The notes under the pieces: model-generated | Told to the model about the DNA's origin: nothing | What the model saw: the letters and a program-made list of their open reading frames with translations, nothing else | Databases searched by the model: none | Translations under genes and position numbers: made by a program | Part shown: positions 55,205 to 64,000 of the stretch, in pieces | How positions within the stretch are numbered: position 1 is the first letter of the stretch | How the letters are laid out: each line of letters starts with the position of its first letter | Source of the DNA: Octopus vulgaris | Taxonomy: Eukaryota | Reading direction: 5' to 3' | NCBI GenBank assembly: GCA_951406725.2 | Contig: OX597819.1 | Coordinates: 26,474,001 to 26,538,000 of the forward strand | DNA: 64,000 bases

Positions 55205-56378
55205 CGAGGTAGTATCAAAACGTTCCAGGACTAGTTATATTTAATAAAAAAAATAAGTTATTTGTCTAAGGTTTAATATCATCTCCTTCGGAATAGCCAC
55301 TTTTTGCAGCAAAACACTGGCCACAGTATTCTTGCCAATTTGGAATCCGCCCTGGAAGTCGTTTCTTGGAGAATTACTATAAATCTGCATTTCCTAGGTG
55401 TGGCGAACAGGGCGGGTGCAGAAGCAATACCAAGTCGTTTTGGGCCAGAAACTCACGAGTGAGAAAAGCTTGATGACAGAGTGCATTGTTGACGTGAAGT
55501 ATCCAATTTTTTCCCGCTCCACAGGATCCGGTCGCTTTCGCCGAATGTCCACCCTCAACGCTTGAAAACGTTGCAGTGGAACTCTCGATTGACACATTCT
55601 GGATGCATAATACTGCGGATGTCGAAAAGAAATCGATGAACATGATTTTGATTGAGCTGCAGCTCTGTCGTGCCGTTTTCGGTCGCGGAGATTCAGCGCT
55701 CTTCCATTGTGACAATTGCTGTATCGTCTCAGGGTCGTACCCGTGTCCCGAACTCTTGTTACCGGCGATGATCGTCGCCACAATGACGAAGATTTTGACT
55801 GACTTGAATGCGATGTTCTTGCCGCTCAGTGACCAGCAGGCGGGGGACGAGCTTGGCAGAGACACGCTCCATCTTCACTTCAGACGTTACGATTATAGAC
55901 CCCCGTAAGACACACCAACAACATCAAAAATGTTATTGATTGTCTTCCATCGATTATCGTGCACAAAGTGTTGAATTTTCTCCCTCCACATTTCCAGGAA
56001 TGACGCTTGTGGCAGGTCCTCCAGATAACTCATTGTCATCCAGAGCATGTCCTCCGCTTTTGAAGCGCCCGTGCCGCTCGAAATATTGGGTACAACCCAC
56101 TGTCCCGTCACCGTAAGCTTGCCGAAGCATGGTCAATATCTCTGTAACAGACTTCCCATGTTTAACGCAAAATTTCACGTTGGCTCTTTATTCGAACTTG
56201 TTGTGCATAACAAAATCGCAGACTACAGCGTAAATGTGATTGGAAAACCACAAATTTCAAAACTCGGCCCACTGCCTGCCTCATGCAGGTCACTGCTATC
56301 TTTTACCGGGCACGCAACTGTGTATTGCCGTTTGCTCGCCTGTTACTGAACTAGTCCGGGAACGTGTTGACAACATCG
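55205..56378 (-). mobile_element. Mariner DNA transposon, near full length, defective
   Basis: TIRs cgaggtagtatcaaaacgttccaggactagtt and aactagtccgggaacgtgttgacaacatcg, with TA on both sides; transposase remnants KFCVKHGKS..RFKSG, GYDPET.QQ.SQWK..SPRPK, WILH, HPPCSPHL. Confidence 0.93.
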
Positions 56379-56480
56379 TATATGTAAATACACTGTCGAA
56401 TCACATCCTAGATTCTATTGAACACACATACTTTTTTTTTTTTTAAAAACTGCTATATCTTTTATTAAGTAAATAATATA

Positions 56481-56840
56481 GGCGTACGAGTGGCTATGTG
56501 GTAAGTAGCTTGCTTACGAACCACATGGTTCCGGGTTTAGTCCCACTGCGTGGCACCTTGGGCAAGTGTCTTGTACTATAGTCTTGTGAGTGGATTTGGC
56601 AGACGGAAGTAGAAAGAAGCCCGTCGTATATATGTATATATATGTGTGTGTGTGGGAGGGTGCTTGTGTGTCTGTGTCCCCCAACATCGCTTGACAACCT
56701 ATGCTGGTGTAATTTAGCGGTTCGACATAGATACCGATAGAAAAAGTCCTGAGGTCGATTTGCTCGACTAAAGGCGGTGCTCCCACATGGCCACTATCAA
56801 ATGACTGAAACAAGTAAAAGAGTAAAGGAGTAAAGAGTAA
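56481..56840 (+). mobile_element. Family B SINE
   Basis: ggcgtacgagtggctatgtggtaagtagc..gaaacaagtaaaagagta. Confidence 0.9.
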
Positions 56841-56949
56841 AGTGTAATATATTTTTTCGCATATTCTCAACAGCTACAAATTATACCATTGCACCATTTG
56901 CTATTTATTTTCTAACTAAACTGTACAAAACCATCAACGGGATTCGCTT

Positions 56950-57700
56950 TATTATATCTTCATGTAATCCCCCATTAAGCCCCTTCTCGGCCACGTTATT
57001 ATTTGCCTCTTTTCTACTCTCTCATATCTAGGACACTAACTATCCATTCAATCCCAATTGTTTTTCCTTCGACTGTTCTATCTCAACTACAACTATTCAC
57101 CATGAATGCCAAGTACCTAAATATCCTCCCACCGAGATCGTTGGTTTCTAAGCCATAAAATATTTCTGTCTACTCCAGCATTCACTTGCACTTAGATCTA
57201 CCAATCTTAACTTATTTAAGCTTGTTCTTAACTCCACCTTGACCTCCTTGTCCTTTGAGTTATACCAATATACTTCACTTGTGGTTGTAGATGTTAAAAT
57301 GGGCCTTAGTTGCAGCAATGTATCAGTGGGTTATATATACATAGGGTCTTTTAAAGGTGTATACCAATGACATTTTCGGCACTCTAGCACACGATTAGTA
57401 AAAACTCATGACCTTAATTTGTTCTATTCCATCGCAGATATTATCGACAGATCTAAAATTCTCACTGCTTTTTATAATAAATCGCTTCACATCAAATCTC
57501 ACAACAGAACTGGAATCCCAACTCATAAAAGAACTGGAATCCCATACTCGCAATTTCTACAACACCGACGAATATACAGTGAAGACTCCTATTTACCCCC
57601 ATCCGATAACATGCTCAACATTTTGTAGAAGATTGCTCCATTTCCTTCAATAACTTGGTATTCCAAATATCTCAGATACTGATCAGCCCTAAAATTTTAC
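56950..57700 (+). pseudogene. Possible highly decayed PLE remnant
   Basis: LNYNY (RT-like) and IID..SLHIKSHN (similar to the GIY-YIG end ESLHIK) fragments only. Confidence 0.3.
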
Positions 57701-57927
57701 CTCCAAATGCACACATTTGAACGAAAACTTCTACGGCATTTCAGTTGTACACTCCGGCTCTTGACCGAAATCTCTTCCATAATGTCTCCCAATTCATTTC
57801 TGCCTACCTGTCCTACGCTCCCTCCGTTCACCGTATGCATTACTTTATATATATATATGCACTTGCTGCTGTTTATATTCGTGCGTGTTTTGCATAGGTA
57901 GGCATGCAAGTATATTTGTGTAAGTAA

Positions 57928-58158
57928 AGGCGGCGAACTGGCAGAATCGTTAGCACGTCGAGCGAAATGCTTAGCGGTACTTCATCTGCCGCTACGTTCT
58001 GAGTTCAAATTCCGCCGAGGTCGACTTTGCCTTTCATCCTTTCGGGGTCGATAAATTAAGCACCAGTTACGCACTGGGGTCGATGTAATCGACTTAATAC
58101 CTATGTCTATCCTTGTTTGTCCCCTCTATGTTTAGCCCCTTGTGGCCAATAAAGAAAT
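57928..58158 (+). mobile_element. Family A SINE, full length
   Basis: aggcggcgaactggcagaatcgttagc..gagttcaaattcc..gcctttcatcctttcggggtcgataaattaag..aataaagaaata; the central part resembles the MetaSINE/MESC core as recalled. Confidence 0.92.
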
Positions 58159-58211
58159 ATATATTTGTGTAAGCATACAGATATACAAATAAATATATGC
58201 GTGCGCACATT

Positions 58212-58252
<41 letters not shown>

Positions 58253-59707
58253 CAGTCTGTCTGAGCTGCGTATGATTTTATATATGGGAATATGAAATTT
58301 TATATTTACGTGTTTTAAAGACATGCAGCTTGTATTCGCTCTTTGCTTGTATATCCACATATATGCATTTTAATGCATTTACACGCTTATAAACAGTAAT
58401 GTATGCATCCGTGTGTGTACGAGTATGTATTTTCGTATGATTATACTTGCGTATAGTGTTATAATACGTGTTAATTTTCTCCATCTTAGTGCCTCCCCTT
58501 ACCCTCACCCCACCTTATGTTATATTTGTTATTCCTCTAACTGGCCTATATAAACTTCAACACAAGTGGACATTTCTATGCTCTCCGATGAAGAATATTT
58601 AATATTTTGTTCTCACGATGTAGCATCTACATCGCACTCTGACTATTTGTGTTAATATTTTGCATGCTCAGGGTATGACATTTTCCTCCTATCAAACTGT
58701 TTTACTTGTACGGCATTAATTTCACATACATTGTTTCATTCTTGTATTCATACATTGTATTCATGCGCAATATGTTTTAAATTACTTGAGAAAAGGACAT
58801 TGAAAGAAGATTTTAGGTGAATAAAATAAAAGTGTTTCATTCCAAATTGTCGATATTTGTGAAAATTAACAGTCAAATATACACTGCTATGTGGCTTTAT
58901 TGATTTCAATTAATAGAAATCGACATAGTTTCTGAATATAAATTTGTAAATTAAATTCTCCGCTTATCAAAACATAAAACATATTTAATATTTACATATT
59001 ATTAAAAGTAATTATGTGAATATATAGATATTCAATTATTTGTTTTCTTGAGCGTCTTAATTACCGATAGATGTACTTATTTTCATTCTTTAAGCAATGC
59101 TTTCCATTATTGATGTTTTTATTGGCCTGTAGTCATATCACGTTTATTTCACTTTAACCCAAAATCCTGAGTTGAATATTTTATTTTCCAAACATTTTGC
59201 ACTACGGGGCACTGATTTCTTCAGCCATTCAGTAGTAATCCTAACGATTTTGACATCCCCATCCAGCTCTAACAAGTACAGGCAATGCTTCCAGAGAATG
59301 TCCGAGTTCTTAAAGCAATCACCACAAAAAATGGACTTAGTTATAATCACTCAATCCAAACAGTATCTAAGCAATTAGTTTAAACATGTATAAGCATAAC
59401 ATTTTAAAGTACTTCTAGGAATAACAACTGAGCATTTACTGAAGGTGTCGATCTATACCAGGTAGTCCCAAACTGCATGAACAAGCGGATAGGCGAAACT
59501 TGAAATATTGGTCTAGGACGTTCTAAGGACTGGACGTCTTCTATCTTTTCTCTTTTCAAAGAAAATATTTCTTCTAGCGTACACTATATTTAACCCCGTT
59601 CTGGTCCAACGACTTTCCATGTTTGTTTTCGTTCGGTTTCTTTGTATGTCACCACCGTCCTTTTTTGATCCCAACTTTCACTCTACATAAACTCCAGTTA
59701 TGGGAGC

Positions 59708-59786
59708 ATATATATATACATATATATGTATATATATGCATATATATATATGTGTATATATGTATATATATGCATATATATGTGTA

Positions 59787-59833
<47 letters not shown>

Positions 59834-59879
59834 GTATTTGCATATACATGCATATATGTATACGCATATATATATATAC

Positions 59880-59943
<64 letters not shown>

Positions 59944-59972
59944 GTATTTGCATATACATGCATATATGTATA

Positions 59973-60021
<49 letters not shown>

Positions 60022-60024
60022 GCA

Positions 60025-60061
<37 letters not shown>
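59708..60061. repeat. Compound TA microsatellite with higher-order duplication
   Basis: tgtatttgcatatacatgcatatatgtatacgc occurs twice within TA runs. Confidence 0.95.
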
Positions 60062-60064
<3 letters not shown>

Positions 60065-61024
60065 CATAATAACAGGCGATAGATAAATGTCAGCTCATTG
60101 CACCTATATTCACCTCTGTTCCTGTGGCATTCGTTAAACCTGTACCTTCCGGTCCTTCTATGTTGGCAACCATGGTTCTGGGATTTCAGAGTGGCTGGTC
60201 TACTCCCTTGCTATATATACAGTGATTCGTTTCGGGTAAATGACTTTTTGTTGTTTTCTCCATAATTTTTGAAATGTTTACAGTCATCGCAATAAGTAAC
60301 ACTAGATAACAAATTTTAGCTTTGATAAGAACAGTTTTATATTTTTTTATAAGTGAAGAAATTTTATTTTTTATTTTTGTTATTGTAGAAACAAATAGAC
60401 AACAAATAAGTTATAAGTTTCAAAATTACCTTTTGAATTGCGATCAATAAAAAGATCGGTTTTATGATTCGTTGTTGACATAGTGGAAACCCAAACCTAT
60501 GAGCTTGAATTAGAGCCTGCACATACAATTCGGTTACTGATAAAACATGACTTATCTGATAGCTTGCTTCGTTTTTCGTCTCTCGTAATTCAAGCTGCTT
60601 TCTCAATGCTTTGAATTTTTCGAGAATATTATACAATTGCGATATATATATTATTTAAATTAAAGTTATGTATCTTATATTGCTTTTACATTCTAGTACA
60701 TCACCAGTAATTTGGGGCCAGAGGGACAGTTGATTATATTAATCCCAATACTCAACTGGTGCTTAGTGTGTACCTTATTTTGGTGTGACTTGCCAATCAG
60801 AATTCATCTTGCAAAAGACATTGAAATCTTGATGCAGCTTTTATTTACTTTTGTCAAGAATCGAAAATGGAGAGACCATGAGTTGTACTTATTACCTACT
60901 CTACTGCAGAGAATTAACTATACCCTGTAGCAATATAACTGCTAAATTTAATGCGTAGGGAAAATATTAAAAGTTTCAGACTTAAATAATTTGAAAACGG
61001 TAAGGAAGTATTCTTTTATTTATT

Positions 61025-61200
61025 TATTATTTCGCTGGGTATGATGGAAAGTGTCAGCTGCCCACGGCCATCAGACGGAGGTGACACTTGTTTACTGATC
61101 ATGATTCAAGAACCCCGCGGAGAATTCTTGCTTTTCCAAGAAACGATGATTTTTCTACATGTTCTATCTTTACATTTGTATCAATCGATTTTGAACCATT
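61025..61200 (-). mobile_element. R4/Dong-like extreme 3' end
   Basis: IDTNVKIEHVEKSSFLGKARILRGVLES*, then a UTR hairpin aagtgtca..tgacactt and a taataa tail. Confidence 0.75.
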
Positions 61201-61370
61201 ACCATTTATTATAATTATTATTGTTGTTGTTATTATTTTTATTTTTATAATCATTATTCCTTCGTAACAAAGTGTATATAAAAATGCACCGGAGTCTTTA
61301 GTCATCTGTCAAGTCACAAGAAGTACCTCAGGCAGATAATTATTTCCTTAATACTTTCCTTATTATTATG

Positions 61371-61433
<63 letters not shown>

Positions 61434-62150
61434 TTTGACTTTTGCTTTACATTTGTACAAGTTGGCTCCAAGTCTCACCCAGATACCTCAAAAGACAATA
61501 AGTTGGAAGTTCATGTTGGTGCTATGCCTAGGATGCCATATATTTGGTTTTGTACTTAGTGTTGCACTAGTGAATGTCTAAAAAAAACATACGAAAATTA
61601 TGTTTGTTTTAAAACTTGAGATTACATAGAGGGTATTTTGCGTAGGATATGAGCAGTTCCCATGAGCACTATCTTTTGAATTTCTGCCATATTTGGGTTT
61701 CTTAGTATATGAGTTCACCTTTTGCAATCATTCCCAGGGTACCTATGACAACAGGTATTGTTTTAGTCTTCAGGTTCCACATTTTGCTGATTTCTATTTC
61801 AAAATCTTTATATTTGCTCAGTTTTGGTAGGTGTTGACAGATACGTTTATGTCGATTAGGAGAGTCATATCAATGAGGAGGCATGTTTTTTGTCTGAAGT
61901 CTTTCAGTATGATGTCTGGCCTATTTGCATCAATCTTTCTGTCAGACGAGTGAGATGTGGTCATTTTCAAGTACTGGAGGTGGTTTGTGTTCCCACCACT
62001 TTTTATCATGGGCAAGTCCAGGCTTTTGCAAATTGTGCAGCTCTATCATGCTTGTTGAGATATTCTGTAGGCGCAAGAAGACTGCACTTGGAGACAACAT
62101 GATCAATCGTTTCATTTTGTTGTTGACGTACATGACATGTTGGGCTACTG
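61434..62150 (-). mobile_element. R4/Dong-like retrotransposon 3' end (CCHC knuckle plus RLE)
   Basis: NETIDHVVSKCSLLAPTEYLNKHD, NRPDIILKD..LLIDMT, SKYKDFEIEISKMWNLKTKTIPVVIGTLG, IQKIVLMGTAHILRK; the 3' end runs into (TAA)n. Confidence 0.9.
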
Positions 62151-62403
62151 TATTCTGATTGCTTTCATGTTTCTCTTGATACCTTCTGATAATTTCCCCA
62201 AGGAACCAACAATAATTGGCACACTCTGCACCTTCATTTTCCATAGCCACGCTATTTCATACTTAAGAGGATTATATATATATATATATATATATATATA
62301 GCACATGTGGGATACCTTGACCAACACCACTAGGCACCGTTTGTTATACTCTAGCATGTGATCTGTTTGGATTGGGAAATCCCACAGAACTTTGCAGGTC
62401 ACG
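62151..62403 (-). mobile_element. Second-family R4/Dong-like RLE fragment
   Basis: KVLWDFPIQTDHMLEYNK..LKYEIAWLWKMKVQSVPIIVGSLG. Confidence 0.8.
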
Positions 62404-62425
62404 GATTATTATTATTATTAGTAGT

Positions 62426-62466
<41 letters not shown>

Positions 62467-62499
62467 TATTATTATTGCTATTATTATTGTTACATGATC

Positions 62500-62665
62500 G
62501 GCTTTTGATTTGTGTTTGCACAATTTGACTCACCCAGAGACCTCAAGAGACACGTTAGAAGTTCAAGCCTGTGTTATGACTAGAGTGTTATTTGTTTGGT
62601 TTTGCACAGAGTATTGTTCTAGAGAATGTCTGTCAAAACATAAGTAAGTTAAAAGTTTGTTTTAA
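62500..62665 (-). mobile_element. Diverged copy of the R4/Dong-like 3' UTR
   Basis: ctcacccagagacctcaagagaca..gaagttca..tttggttttg matches about 61475-61610. Confidence 0.75.
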
Positions 62666-62769
62666 AAGTAATTTGACTATAAGATGATGATAGTGTAATG
62701 TTAAGATGACAGTAAATGGTATTAATTATAAAATAATAGTGTGATGTTAAGATGACAGTAAAATGTGTT

Positions 62770-62913
62770 TATTATTATTATTATTATCATTATTATTATT
62801 TATTATTATCATTATTATTATCATTATTATTATCATTATTATTATTATCATTATTATTATCATTATTATTATCATTATTATTATTATCATTATTATTATT
62901 ATCATTATTATTA

Positions 62914-62950
<37 letters not shown>

Positions 62951-62995
62951 CATTATTATTATTATAATTATTATTATTATTATTATCATTATCAA
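62770..62995. repeat. (TTA/TCA)n microsatellite
   Basis: Seen directly. Confidence 0.97.
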
Positions 62996-64000
62996 TATTA
63001 TTGATGTTATTTCAAACACTTTTTATTTGAGAAAGAAAGTTAACAATTTTGCGGCTGTTTCGTCAAAACGTGTAATTAATATACAACATCTAAATAGTTA
63101 TAGAATCTAAATAGTTATAGAATATAGTTTCAATTAAAAGCATCGATAAAACTTTTACGAACAGAAATTTAAGTAGAATTTCATGTTTATCTAATTTTCG
63201 TGTTTTGTAAATCCCTCAATCAATCGATTGATCAAACCATCATTATTCATATATATCATATTTATTTCGACTTCCATTGCATCAATTTACCAGATGCCTT
63301 CTCCATTGGGTGATTAGCTCATCTGGTTTGGTAAGGCCTCCTCACGCTGCACTCAGTGTAAAAATAGCATTTATTACTTCAACAAAATATACCAATTATG
63401 CTATAGAAGTGCTTCCTAAACCAATAAACCGTAACAATGAATGGATCTCTTTCTTTACATCATGTGGCAAGATAGTCTATTAGATTTCTACACTAAATAC
63501 ACTGCACATTGTCAGGTCCAGAACATTAGTTATGAAATGTTCAGTTGTTTACCCAGCCGCCGCATCACTTTAGAACCAGCTGTTCTATGCTGCTGTTTAA
63601 ATGAAGTTAAATTTCTCAGTCATTAAGAAGAAATATCTGACGAAATGTTACCTAATCACACATTTAAAGATTTTCATACATAAAATTTAAAAGCCCCTTT
63701 CAGAGAGTAGAAATAAATAAATAAATCTTCGCTATGAATATTTAGATGCGTTACCTAAGTACGTATTTAGACAATAATCAAATGTCTCCTAAAGCGACAT
63801 AAGTAAGTGATAAGTAAGTGGATAAATAAGTAAGATGATAAGTAAGTGGATAAATTCTTATTATTATTCCTTTAGTCAATTGTCGTAGTTCGGAGAACTT
63901 GCTTAAATATATTATATGACTGACATTAAAATGCCAACGATTATATAACACTGGTCATATTTAAACGCAGGTGTTATCTAAACCATGCAATATTCATATG

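Noticed and set aside
58581-58615. CCGATGAAG followed by a short hairpin as a hammerhead
   Set aside because: No GAAA or cleavage triplet follows.

Overview
AT-rich, repeat-saturated eukaryotic DNA. The SINE families and dense (TA)n, (AAT)n and (TATG)n microsatellites suggest a coleoid cephalopod, probably Octopus (inference from recalled repeat sequences, not a database search). No host exon, rRNA or true tRNA gene could be supported; the long ORFs are microsatellite translations or transposon remnants. Recognisable content: three tRNA-headed SINE groups in many copies, two RTE LINE remnants, two CR1/L2-like 3' ends, a CRE-like RLE retrotransposon end, several R4/Dong-like ends sitting in (TAA)n arrays, two mariner derivatives, and at least three Penelope-like elements (PLEs), each with an inverted terminal duplication. 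The most striking hidden signal is a set of about eight minimal type I hammerhead ribozyme (HHR) motifs from unrelated sequence families, in PLE terminal repeats and in short ORF-less elements anchored in (TA)n. One has a fully canonical core (53103-53234, minus), one carries a compensatory U3-A8 core (51061-51100), and one lies downstream of a tRNA-like Pol III cassette inside a PLE terminal repeat (26234-26490, inverted copy 28330-29036). Pairings were checked by eye, element boundaries are approximate, and no activity is demonstrated.
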